Shown: in pieces, positions 18,448-26,190 of the stretch
Layout: each line of letters begins with the position of its first letter
Position numbering within the stretch: position 1 is the first letter of the stretch
Source of the DNA: an uncultured marine group III euryarchaeote
GTDB taxonomy: Archaea > Thermoplasmatota > Poseidoniia > MGIII > CG-Epi1
Length of the DNA stretch: 56,817 bases
Assembly: GCA_902531985.1 (NCBI GenBank)
Contig: CACAGG010000002.1
Coordinates: 1-56,817, forward strand
Direction of reading: 5' to 3'
Notes under the pieces: generated by a model
What the model was told of the DNA's origin: nothing
The model's input: only the letters and a program-made list of their open reading frames with translations
Databases searched by the model: none
Made by a program: the position numbers and the translations under genes

Positions 18448-19590
18448 TTATCTTTGCTCTATAGGTCTAAATGTACGGTCTATTTGACCTACATATCTAG
18501 CGCGAGGTCTAATTAATCGGTTATTTCGATATTGCTCAAGAACATGAGCAGTCCATCCTGCAATACGAGACATTGCAAATAAAGGAGTGAATAAATCGGT
18601 AGGAATATCCAATCCGTAGAGTAATGGCGCCGAATAAAAATCAACGTTAGTTATTATTGCTTTTCTGTCTTTGACTTGTTTCTCAATTTCTTCAGAGACT
18701 TCGAAGAGCTTCATGTCGTTCTTTTCTTCCCAGATTTTCTTCGCCATTTTCTTTAGATGTGGCTTGCGCGCATCATCCACCTTGTAAACTCTATGTCCAA
18801 AACCCATAATTTTTTGCTTTGTATCAAATGCATTTTGTATATAATCAGAAGCTTTTTTCTTTGTACCAACTTCAATAATCATATCCATTGCTTTTTCGTT
18901 TGCACCCCCATGTAAAGGGCCGCTTAATGTACCAACAGCAGAAGTAATTGCAGAGTGTAAATTTGCTAAAGTTCCTGCAGTAACTCTCGCAGAAAAAGTG
19001 GAGGCATTAAATCCATGATCTGCCAATAAGATTAGATACAGATTTAAAGCATTGACTTGAGTCTTAGAGGAATCTGTTCCATGTAGCATTTTAAGAAAAT
19101 CTTCCGCATGGCCCTTTGTGGGATCAGCTTCAATAATTGGTAGATTTTCTCTCGACCTGTGTATCATTGCAACAGCAGTTGCAATTTGACCCACTAATCT
19201 TAGAGCCTTAGGTGGTAGTTCTTTAAGAGGTACATTCTTTTCGTAATGGCCAAGTACAGAAACTACAGTTCTTAGGGTGCTCATGGGTGAGGTTTTACCC
19301 ACTAACTCAGTTATTATTTCAATGACTTCTTTTGGTAAAACTCGAGCTTCACCTATATTTTTAGTCATTTCATCTAATCTTTCTTTATTAGGTAATTCGT
19401 TGTCGTAAAGTAAACAAATAGTTTCTTCAAAGGTAGTGCTAAATGCTAAATCATCAATATTGTAACCACAATATCTGAGGATACCCTTTTCACCATTTAC
19501 AGAACTTAGAGTAGTATCTGCAGCTACAATGCCTTCTAATCCTTTTGTAGGTTCAGGAATTGAATCTTTGTTATCTTTTGGTAGCGACAC
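18448..19590 (-). CDS. gltA: Citrate synthase
   Basis: Contains GPLHGGANE, MGFGHRVYKVDDAR and AGWTAHVLEQ. The size (380 aa) fits the archaeal/Gram-positive type. The start codon is GTG. Confidence 0.92.
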   Translation of the reverse strand: MSLPKDNKDSIPEPTKGLEGIVAADTTLSSVNGEKGILRYCGYNIDDLAFSTTFEETICLLYDNELPNKERLDEMTKNIGEARVLPKEVIEIITELVGKTSPMSTLRTVVSVLGHYEKNVPLKELPPKALRLVGQIATAVAMIHRSRENLPIIEADPTKGHAEDFLKMLHGTDSSKTQVNALNLYLILLADHGFNASTFSARVTAGTLANLHSAITSAVGTLSGPLHGGANEKAMDMIIEVGTKKKASDYIQNAFDTKQKIMGFGHRVYKVDDARKPHLKKMAKKIWEEKNDMKLFEVSEEIEKQVKDRKAIITNVDFYSAPLLYGLDIPTDLFTPLFAMSRIAGWTAHVLEQYRNNRLIRPRARYVGQIDRTFRPIEQR

Positions 19591-19632
19591 TTTAGAACAC
19601 TAAAGAGTATTATATTTAGCAATTTGCCGAAT

Positions 19633-19986
19633 TTATTGTTTATATTCAGTTACTCGAATTCCAAAGTCACCCATTATTGCTTTTCTCTCCATAATTAGTT
19701 TCATTTTTTCATTAAATGCTTCCTCCAGATCAACATCCATAGCTATGGAATGTCCAATAATGAGTATTAGTAAATCAGCTAATTCTTCTGCCTTTTCGTT
19801 ATCAGACTTACCCTTTGTAAAGCATTCAGCTAATTCGCCCAGTTCTTCCATTGTGAGTAAAATACGATAAGACATATCGTGCCCACGGTATTTCACATTG
19901 CTAAAATCATGTTTATCGTGGAATTTCTGAACCTTTGCTAACATTTTGGAATATGTCTGACTCATCTTTTGCCATAGGAGAGCCAC
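19633..19986 (-). CDS. MazG-like nucleotide pyrophosphohydrolase (single-domain)
   Basis: Contains EELGELAE...EELADLLILIIG...DLEEAF..K, the all-alpha NTP-PPase pattern (EExxE...ExxD). Length is 117 aa. Confidence 0.7.
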   Translation of the reverse strand: MALLWQKMSQTYSKMLAKVQKFHDKHDFSNVKYRGHDMSYRILLTMEELGELAECFTKGKSDNEKAEELADLLILIIGHSIAMDVDLEEAFNEKMKLIMERKAIMGDFGIRVTEYKQ

Positions 19987-19990
19987 TTTG

Positions 19991-20923
19991 TTATGTTTTC
20001 TTTGCTATTTTTTCAGCTATGGAGATACATGCCATATAATCTTCAGCAGCTTCTCTCAAGCTTCCCAAAGTATCAGCCTGAATTGTAGCTTTTATGTAGT
20101 TCTGATGTAGTGTTGTTTCAACCCACCCTTTATTTTCAGGTTCAGTTGCTTTTAAAATGGCTTGAGCAGTCTTTTCATTATCAAATTTAATATTTAAAGC
20201 AACTTTATGTTTTATTATTTTCTTTATAGCTTTTTGACTTCCGCTACCGTATTGTGCGGCCTTCTTTTTTCTATAGGCAATTTCCTCAGGGAGACTAAAT
20301 TTTATAGCTAATTTTCTTAAAACTTCTTTTCCTATTTGACCTACACGTTCTTTCTCGCTAAATTTTTCAGCAACCTCAATAACATTTTCAGCTAAATATG
20401 GACAAGCTAATTCTAATCCAAAGATCTCAGTAATTTTATTCTCACGATTAGGCAATCTTTTTACTAAGTCCTGCACTTCTTTTTTAAGATTTTTTTTAGC
20501 TCCTTCTTTTCTGAATCTAGCATATCCTCCGAATAATTCATCGGCACCTTGGCCACACATTAAAACAGAATTAGAAGCATTTTTTGCAGCAATCCAAAAT
20601 GGAAGCATAAATTCTACTTCAATATTAGTTAAGTTTAATTGTTTTTGCATTTCTTTTGCTTCTGCAATCATTTCGCTTGGTTGAATTTCAATAGTTTTTA
20701 ATTTCATTCCGATTAATTTAGAAGCAGATTTAGCAGCTTTTAAATCATAAGAATTGGAAGTTCCAACAGCAATTAATTCAACATCCACATATTTTTTAGA
20801 AATGAAAGCAACTAATGCAGAGTCAATTCCCCCAGAGAATGCAACCGTAATTTTTTTTTTAGCAAATTCTTTAATTACAATATCTAATTCATGATAGAGT
20901 TTATCAAACAGTATTTCAGACAT
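19991..20923 (-). CDS. Asparagine-synthase-like PP-loop ATPase (no glutaminase domain) fused to a C-terminal Pcc1-like domain
   Basis: Contains the PP-loop AFSGGIDS, an AsnB-type GQGADELFGGY and KKAAQYGSG. The C-terminal roughly 70 aa (ALNIKFDNEKTAQAILKATEPEN...ATIQADTLGSLREAAEDYMACISIAEKI) follow the Pcc1/CTAG pattern. Confidence 0.65.
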   Translation of the reverse strand: MSEILFDKLYHELDIVIKEFAKKKITVAFSGGIDSALVAFISKKYVDVELIAVGTSNSYDLKAAKSASKLIGMKLKTIEIQPSEMIAEAKEMQKQLNLTNIEVEFMLPFWIAAKNASNSVLMCGQGADELFGGYARFRKEGAKKNLKKEVQDLVKRLPNRENKITEIFGLELACPYLAENVIEVAEKFSEKERVGQIGKEVLRKLAIKFSLPEEIAYRKKKAAQYGSGSQKAIKKIIKHKVALNIKFDNEKTAQAILKATEPENKGWVETTLHQNYIKATIQADTLGSLREAAEDYMACISIAEKIAKKT

Positions 20924-21495
20924 TATGAGGCAATAGTAGTTTTAGCAATAAATATTTCTAATTCTTTTAATGCTTTTTTAGCTTTTGCTAAACTAATTAT
21001 ATCTGTAACAATTAAAACGCCAGATTGAAAAATAATAAAACTTGCATCAGGTTCATCCATCCTCAAAACTAACCCACTAAATCGAGAGGGGTCATACTCA
21101 GCATTAGGTACTGCAAGTGCTAGCGTTTGGAGGTCTATGGTAGAGTTCATGTTACTTTTAACAACCATATTTTCCAGCTTAATTGCTCTCTTCATATTTA
21201 TTTTTGAGTCTAGCGGCTTAATTAGATTTCTTAAATTAGCTACGACTTCTTTTCCCTCGTCAAGTGAGGTTACACCCGTTACGATTAATTTTCCATTGGC
21301 AAACAGGATTCCCGCAGCTTTCAAACGCTTGCTACCAATAAATTTTGAGCTATTCATATCTATTTCAATGATTATAGAGGGATTTCCCGAACTAGAATAT
21401 CGAGCATTAGGTATTTCAGTTGCTAACTTCACTAATTCTACCTTTTTTCCTAGGTGAGATGCGACAATTACGTTCTCTACTTTTACTGGACCCAC
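20923..21495 (-). CDS. tbp: TATA-box binding protein (divergent, with an insertion in the first repeat)
   Basis: It has two imperfect repeats. Repeat 2 (NMVVKSNMNSTIDLQTLALAVPNAEYDPSRFSGLVLRMDEPDASFIIFQSGVLIVT) matches the TBP consensus well. Repeat 1 (VENVIVASHLGKKVELVKLATEIPNARY...) is more divergent. Confidence 0.8.
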   Translation of the reverse strand: MGPVKVENVIVASHLGKKVELVKLATEIPNARYSSSGNPSIIIEIDMNSSKFIGSKRLKAAGILFANGKLIVTGVTSLDEGKEVVANLRNLIKPLDSKINMKRAIKLENMVVKSNMNSTIDLQTLALAVPNAEYDPSRFSGLVLRMDEPDASFIIFQSGVLIVTDIISLAKAKKALKELEIFIAKTTIAS

Positions 21496-21533
21496 AACAA
21501 GTTCAAAACAGGCAAGTTTAATAGATTACCCTT

Positions 21534-22538
21534 TCAAGCAAATTCGTCAAATGGGTATGGTTCAGGCTTTATTTTACCCATTACTATTTTGGTTTCAGGT
21601 ACAGTTAGAAGTGGTATTGGCCAAGTAGGCCCATCTTCTATAGCCAGTCTAGGGCATGCAGTAATTACAGCTGCATCTATTCCCATTCCTAATAACTGGT
21701 CATGTGATTGATGAATACTTCCAACCATTATCGTTTCTCTACCACCTTTAATTAGTAGTTCTTCTATTTTTTCAGCTAATTCTATTCTTTTTTGACCTAT
21801 TTGGTTTGAGAATAGAACAGCCCATCTTTGTGCGTCTTTGGCCTTAGATATTGCAGCATAACGTTGCTTTAGGAAAGGCTTCGGATCAGCAATAGAAACT
21901 ATACCATTGTGTGGTTCAAGGCAAGCAACAGGTTTCCCTGTTGAAAGAGCTACAGTTAATGGATGAAATAGTCCGGTACCTATATACAAGAAGCCATCGA
22001 CTCTTAATCTTCTAGCAGCAGATGAATTACATCCTAATAATTGGCCTTGGCCGGCTAATCGAGGTCCGCCAGTAGTTACGCTTGTATCAAATCCATGCTT
22101 TTCCAGTATTTCACCAGCATAATCTACTAGGTGGAGATGCTGAGCAGTTGTTACGATTCCAATTTTATTGGGAAGTATATTTTTTATTTCATTAATAGCT
22201 TCAATTTCTAAATTTAAAGTTCCTGTATGTCTTACAGGTACAAAATAAGTAGGAATAGCATAGAACTCAGAATGATAAGGCATAGGCAAGTGACCCAAGT
22301 GAATCAGAGCGTCAGCACCTATTTCTTCTAGTGGTCTATCAGCAAGGTCACATGCACCATATGTTGGTTCACCCCAAAGAAGGACTTTTGCACCCGTTAG
22401 TTCATTGATTAAAGTTGTAATTTCATGTGATTTTGTTTTTAATCCATCAGGAACTTGAACGCCAATTCTTTTTTTATCCTTTAATTTTAGGCATACCTCT
22501 TCAATTCCGGGCTTCCAATCAAATGATATTTCACTCAT
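21534..22538 (-). CDS. dph2: Diphthamide biosynthesis enzyme Dph2 (2-(3-amino-3-carboxypropyl)histidine synthase)
   Basis: Size (334 aa) and colinear segments fit archaeal Dph2: RIGVQVPDGLK, YGACD, ADALIHLGH, TTAQH, LGCN and TGLFHP. Confidence 0.85.
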   Translation of the reverse strand: MSEISFDWKPGIEEVCLKLKDKKRIGVQVPDGLKTKSHEITTLINELTGAKVLLWGEPTYGACDLADRPLEEIGADALIHLGHLPMPYHSEFYAIPTYFVPVRHTGTLNLEIEAINEIKNILPNKIGIVTTAQHLHLVDYAGEILEKHGFDTSVTTGGPRLAGQGQLLGCNSSAARRLRVDGFLYIGTGLFHPLTVALSTGKPVACLEPHNGIVSIADPKPFLKQRYAAISKAKDAQRWAVLFSNQIGQKRIELAEKIEELLIKGGRETIMVGSIHQSHDQLLGMGIDAAVITACPRLAIEDGPTWPIPLLTVPETKIVMGKIKPEPYPFDEFA

Positions 22539-22584
22539 TAACTAATTGGCCCCTCTAAAACAGGATATAATAATTTTGTTTAAT

Positions 22585-22923
22585 TTATTTTAATCTTATT
22601 AAGTTCAATTCAAGAAGCTTTTCAAGAAATAATTGAACCCTTTTATCTGCAGGCGCCACTTCTTCGCCAAATTTAGAATCTAACTCATGAATGATGTCCT
22701 TTACTGTATGCATTTCATCACATAAGTTCCAAATAAGTGTAGTGTATTTGTCAAGAGGTCTTTTTACAATATCCGACCCTCCAATTCTATTGTATACCCA
22801 TTTTTCAATTTTGCCAAACTCTTTAGGATAACTAATGGTTACAATTCCTTTGTTTGTTAAACATTTAATTTTAGGATTATTAATTTTTGCAGGTTTCTTT
22901 AACAATATTTTATTTTTTTTCAT
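22585..22923 (-). CDS. PqqD-family (RiPP-recognition-element-like) small protein
   Basis: The C-terminal LIWNLCDEMHTVKDIIHELDSKFGEEVAPADKRVQLFLEKLLELNLIR fits the PqqD pattern. I prefer the ATG at 22923 (MKKNKILL...) over the track start at 23010, because that ATG overlaps the stop of an upstream small ORF (ATGA). The 23010 extension is Cys/Trp/Tyr-rich and looks like out-of-frame readthrough. Confidence 0.6.
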   Translation of the reverse strand: MKKNKILLKKPAKINNPKIKCLTNKGIVTISYPKEFGKIEKWVYNRIGGSDIVKRPLDKYTTLIWNLCDEMHTVKDIIHELDSKFGEEVAPADKRVQLFLEKLLELNLIRLK

Positions 22924-23087
22924 AATTTTTCCATACCAATAACCATAACTGCCAAAGTAGCAGCACCAGCAATTGCCGCATATCTTACTGCTAATTTTTG
23001 ATCTTGCCAAACAAATCTAGATACCCATACTAGCCATCCACTACCTATAGCTACTATTAGCATGGTTGCAAAAATTATACTCCACAT
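22920..23087 (-). CDS. Small (55 aa) two-TM membrane protein, not in the ORF track (below the size cutoff)
   Basis: Manual translation gives MWSIIFATMLIVAIGSGWLVWVSRFVWQDQKLAVRYAAIAGAATLAVMVIGMEKL*. It has two hydrophobic helices with a basic loop. Its TGA overlaps the ATG of the PqqD-like gene. Confidence 0.4.
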   Translation of the reverse strand: MWSIIFATMLIVAIGSGWLVWVSRFVWQDQKLAVRYAAIAGAATLAVMVIGMEKL

Positions 23088-23120
23088 GTTCACGTTTGCA
23101 CATTAGGAGGGATTAATTAG

Positions 23121-23196
23121 TGGTAGCCCCGCCAGGATTCGAACCTGGGTCTCAAGATCCAGAGTCTCAAATGATGGACCACTACACTACGGGGCT
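23121..23196 (-). tRNA. tRNA-Gln (anticodon CTG) with genomically encoded CCA
   Basis: The reverse complement reads AGCCCCG-TA-GTGTAGTGGTCCATCAT-TGAGA-CTCTGGA-TCTTG-AGAC-CCAGG-TTCGAAT-CCTGG-CGGGGCT-A-CCA. It has a 7-bp acceptor stem, a 5-bp T stem with a TTCGAAT loop, and a 7-nt anticodon loop CT-CTG-GA. Confidence 0.9.
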
Positions 23197-23221
23197 AACT
23201 AAGACAAAGCTCTATTCGGGG

Positions 23222-23231
23222 CATAAAAAAA
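23222..23231 (-). promoter_or_regulatory. Possible TATA-like box for tRNA-Gln
   Basis: On the minus strand, TTTTTTTATG lies about 26-35 nt upstream of the mature tRNA 5' end. The call rests on position and composition only. Confidence 0.3.
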
Positions 23232-23249
23232 CGTTGTTAGAATAACAAT

Positions 23250-23552
23250 TCAGTTTTCGTCATAGAAATCATCATCATCATCGAAGGAGAATTCAGCACT
23301 ATCTTCTCGTGTGAGTTCTATTTTATCTGGAAAATGCCTTAATATTACAACATCATCTAAATCCTGAACCCATCTGTATGGGATAATTATATTCTCGCCA
23401 TCTTTTACAAGTTCAGGAGTAGTTCCTGTAATCAAAAGAGCTGAAATCATACGCTGAGTTGTATCAAGTAAAACGTCATGAACAACTCCTAATCTTTGCC
23501 CATTTCGGGTGTAAACTGTTAATCCGGGCAGTCTTGAAGCTTCGTTAAGCAC
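23250..23552 (-). CDS. PRC-barrel domain protein with an acidic C-terminal tail
   Basis: Contains LTVYTRNGQRLGVVHDVLLD...IIIPYRWVQDLDDVVIL, a PRC-barrel-like pattern. Length is 100 aa. Confidence 0.7.
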   Translation of the reverse strand: MLNEASRLPGLTVYTRNGQRLGVVHDVLLDTTQRMISALLITGTTPELVKDGENIIIPYRWVQDLDDVVILRHFPDKIELTREDSAEFSFDDDDDFYDEN

Positions 23553-23617
23553 AGCTGGTTATCGGGTCCACATATAATTATTTTGCATGCCTTTCTTAAA
23601 GAAAATTTGGTAATAGA

Positions 23618-23626
23618 CTATAAATA
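23618..23626 (+). promoter_or_regulatory. Candidate TATA box (CTATAAATA) implying a leaderless rps17e transcript
   Basis: The motif lies about 24-32 nt upstream of the ATG at 23650. That spacing matches the archaeal TATA-to-TSS distance, and no Shine-Dalgarno sequence is apparent. Confidence 0.35.
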
Positions 23627-23649
23627 GAGGCCAAAAGTGAAGCTGATGC

Positions 23650-23841
23650 ATGGGTAGAGTAAGACCGACTTACATTAAACGCGTAGCAATCGAGCTTGTT
23701 AGGAATCACTCAGACAGATTTAATGAGGATTTTGATCACAATAAAGGGGTAGTTGCTGAACTAACAGATGTGGAAAGTTTGACTATGCGCAATAGAATTA
23801 CAGGTTATGTAACTCGTTATCGAAAACAGGAACAAGCTTGA
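23650..23841 (+). CDS. rps17e: 30S ribosomal protein S17e (eS17)
   Basis: The sequence MGRVRPTYIKRVAIELV...F..DF..NK is the canonical eS17 N-terminus. Length is 63 aa. Confidence 0.92.
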   Translation: MGRVRPTYIKRVAIELVRNHSDRFNEDFDHNKGVVAELTDVESLTMRNRITGYVTRYRKQEQA

Positions 23842-25127
23842 GTCATTACGATGTTTTAGTAGAAGGTGCAGGGCCAGCTGGCGCCACAGCTGCTTATTAT
23901 CTTGCGATGCAGGGGAAAAAAGTAGCATTGGTTGACAGGGCAAAATTCCCCCGTGAAAAAGCATGTGGTGGAGGCTTATGTGTCCACATTGAAGAATTTG
24001 ATCATATTATATCTAATTGGGATGATTTTTTGGAGTCACGCTGTCTAAGAGGTATTGTCTACGGTCCCGACTTCATGCCTGTAGATTATGTTGCTGAAAA
24101 ACCTTTTTTTTATAATATACGTCGCTTAAAATTTGATAATACACTAGTAGAATATGCAGTTAATAAAGGGGCGACTTTAATCCAAGGAGTAGCCGTTAGA
24201 GATTTTGAAATTTATGACGACAAAGTAGTTACTAAATTAAGAAATGGTGAAGAGATAACAAGTGATGTAATCATTGGAGCAGGGGGTTCTTTTGACTTAG
24301 TATCAAGAAGAATTCGTGAAATCGAGAACATGCCTATGAGATGGAAAGATGAAGACATTGCAATGGCACTTTATTTTGAAGTAGATGTAGGTCGAGAATT
24401 TATGGATAGAGTCTATGGTGATGAAAGAGTATCTATGGCTCATATCAAGTATCAAAATTTGGACGGATATGGTTGGTCCTTTTCTAAAGACACAGCATTA
24501 AATGTAGGAATTGGTTGTCCACGTTCAGTAATAAAGAAATTAAAGAAAAATGGTTCAGGATGGGATGAAAAGCAATATTTGTTGGACTATGTAGATACCT
24601 TGAAAGAACAAGGCTGGTTTCCTAAAGATATAGAAGTTACAAAAAAGATGATTTCTGGGGCTAGTATCCCAGTTGGCATGGGTATGAAATGTACGGTAGG
24701 GGATAGAATGTTAGTTATTGGCGATGCAGGTGGTTTTGTTTCTCCATTATCTGGTGAAGGACTTTACTATGCTTTGGATTCAGGACGTATTGCAGCAGAA
24801 TCGTTAGATACATTATTCAAAGAAGGTAATTTTGACAAGCAATCCATGATGTTATATCATGATACTTGGAGTAACAAATGGGGCGATGATTTGGAATGGT
24901 TGAAAGTTGGATGGCATTTATTGATGGTCATGCCTAATAGTTTGATTAGATATGCAGCACTAGATGAAGAGACGAAAGAATTTTTTACACACATGTTTGT
25001 AGGATCTATGCCTGCAGCTAAAATAAAAAATAAAGTCTTAGCACTTATCGCAAAAGGAGCTTTGACACATGATTTCTTAAGCCATGTTACTGGTAAACAT
25101 CAAGAAGTACCTTCTCTTACAAATTAG
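23838..25127 (+). CDS. Geranylgeranyl reductase family flavoprotein (digeranylgeranylglycerophospholipid reductase-like)
   Basis: Contains the FAD-binding YDVLVEGAGPAGATAAYYLA, then KACGGGL and GDAGGFVSPLSGEG. The TTG start overlaps the rps17e stop. Confidence 0.85.
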   Translation: MSHYDVLVEGAGPAGATAAYYLAMQGKKVALVDRAKFPREKACGGGLCVHIEEFDHIISNWDDFLESRCLRGIVYGPDFMPVDYVAEKPFFYNIRRLKFDNTLVEYAVNKGATLIQGVAVRDFEIYDDKVVTKLRNGEEITSDVIIGAGGSFDLVSRRIREIENMPMRWKDEDIAMALYFEVDVGREFMDRVYGDERVSMAHIKYQNLDGYGWSFSKDTALNVGIGCPRSVIKKLKKNGSGWDEKQYLLDYVDTLKEQGWFPKDIEVTKKMISGASIPVGMGMKCTVGDRMLVIGDAGGFVSPLSGEGLYYALDSGRIAAESLDTLFKEGNFDKQSMMLYHDTWSNKWGDDLEWLKVGWHLLMVMPNSLIRYAALDEETKEFFTHMFVGSMPAAKIKNKVLALIAKGALTHDFLSHVTGKHQEVPSLTN

Positions 25128-25134
25128 TTTTTTT
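25128..25134 (+). terminator. Oligo-T tract (T7) immediately after the reductase stop codon
   Basis: The sequence TAG-TTTTTTT is read directly. Archaeal intrinsic termination commonly uses oligo-T runs. Confidence 0.3.
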
Positions 25135-25164
25135 GGTGGAAAGGTATAAGAAGGAAGTTATAGA

Positions 25165-26190
25165 ATGTCTGATATGCAATCTGCTGATGAAGAATGGGAA
25201 GATGAAGAATGGGAAGATGAAGACGATTCTAGTTTCTTTTCAGGAATTTCAGTAGCCTCCAGAATGAAAGTAGGAGGGGCAACAGCAATTGTAGTTCTGT
25301 TGCTTTTATGTTCTATGATTTTCACTAATTTTGGTTTTTATTCAGGTGCGGGAAGTTTATCTGTTTTAATTGATGTTAATGAGGGTAAAGATCCTGGTGA
25401 TAGGACATTTAATGCAAATGTTCTAGCTACATCACCGACTTTTGGTATGTTAGCAAGTGAAGGCGAATATTCAATTGTTTTCAGTGGTTCCACACAAGTT
25501 TCAGGCAAGTTTGATATTAATGATGAAGGCAGAGGCTCATTTGAAGTAGATTATGAAAATTTCTTTGTATCAAATGGAGAGTATACTTTGGAAACAAGAT
25601 TAGGTAGTCAAGAATCAACAGATAGGGTTACTCTTAACAGGATTGCAGATAGCCTTACTGCAGAAGTGGTTAGTTTTGACGGAGTTACTGATGAGACCGA
25701 AGCAGTTTATCCTATAGATAAAGATTCAACAATTAATTTGAACATGCAATTTACAGCATCAGATTCAACAATTAATTTCATCAATCCTTGGGTTACAGGA
25801 TCTGCGAAAGTCTATCACTATGAGCAGCCTTTCAATGAAGACCAAGGCAAAAATTACTGGGACGACGATTCAGAACATGGTGGTTCTGCAGAAAGTGGAA
25901 CCTTAGTAGATACTATAACTTTTGATATAGATAGCTCAGGAGGAACTTATCGTTATTCATCAGGGGAAAACGTCAATTTTGATGAAGTCCAAGTAGGCCA
26001 GGTAAGTTTAAGTTTGAGACTAGATCCTAGTCAATTTTACGGTGAAGAAGGTAGTGGAGATTATACAGTTGTTTTCGATTTTACAAATGATTTCGGTTCT
26101 GATACTTCAAGTTTTGATGGCCGTACATATTGGGCTTGGTTTCATGTTTGTGAAACAGGTAGCAATGGTAAATGTAACGGTAATGCCTAA
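25165..26190 (+). CDS. Signal-anchored, highly acidic extracellular protein of unknown function
   Basis: It has an acidic N-terminal tail (EEWEDEEWEDEDD), a basic patch plus TM helix (SRMKVGGATAIVVLLLLCSMIF), and an acidic, beta-rich ectodomain of about 280 aa. No family is recognised. Confidence 0.6.
   Translation: MSDMQSADEEWEDEEWEDEDDSSFFSGISVASRMKVGGATAIVVLLLLCSMIFTNFGFYSGAGSLSVLIDVNEGKDPGDRTFNANVLATSPTFGMLASEGEYSIVFSGSTQVSGKFDINDEGRGSFEVDYENFFVSNGEYTLETRLGSQESTDRVTLNRIADSLTAEVVSFDGVTDETEAVYPIDKDSTINLNMQFTASDSTINFINPWVTGSAKVYHYEQPFNEDQGKNYWDDDSEHGGSAESGTLVDTITFDIDSSGGTYRYSSGENVNFDEVQVGQVSLSLRLDPSQFYGEEGSGDYTVVFDFTNDFGSDTSSFDGRTYWAWFHVCETGSNGKCNGNA
25186..25224 (+). repeat. 15-nt tandem repeat (gatgaagaatgggaa x2.6) encoding DEEWE-DEEWE-DED
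   Basis: The direct repeat is read directly in the sequence. Confidence 0.7.

Noticed and set aside
22924-23010. The N-terminal 29-aa extension (MARSKISSKICGNCWCCYFGSYGYWYGKI) of the PqqD-like ORF. At first glance it looks like a Cys-rich RiPP-style leader or core.
   Set aside because: This stretch is the alternative reading frame of a hydrophobic 55-aa ORF (22920-23087) whose stop overlaps an internal ATG. The odd Cys/Trp/Tyr composition is what a TM-helix coding region looks like when read out of frame. The shorter start at 22923 is more parsimonious.
23100-23250. The tRNA-Gln locus was considered as a possible integration hotspot or genomic-island boundary.
   Set aside because: There is no integrase, no direct repeat of the tRNA 3' end, and no abrupt change in gene content nearby. 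The flanking genes are housekeeping genes (Dph2, eS17).
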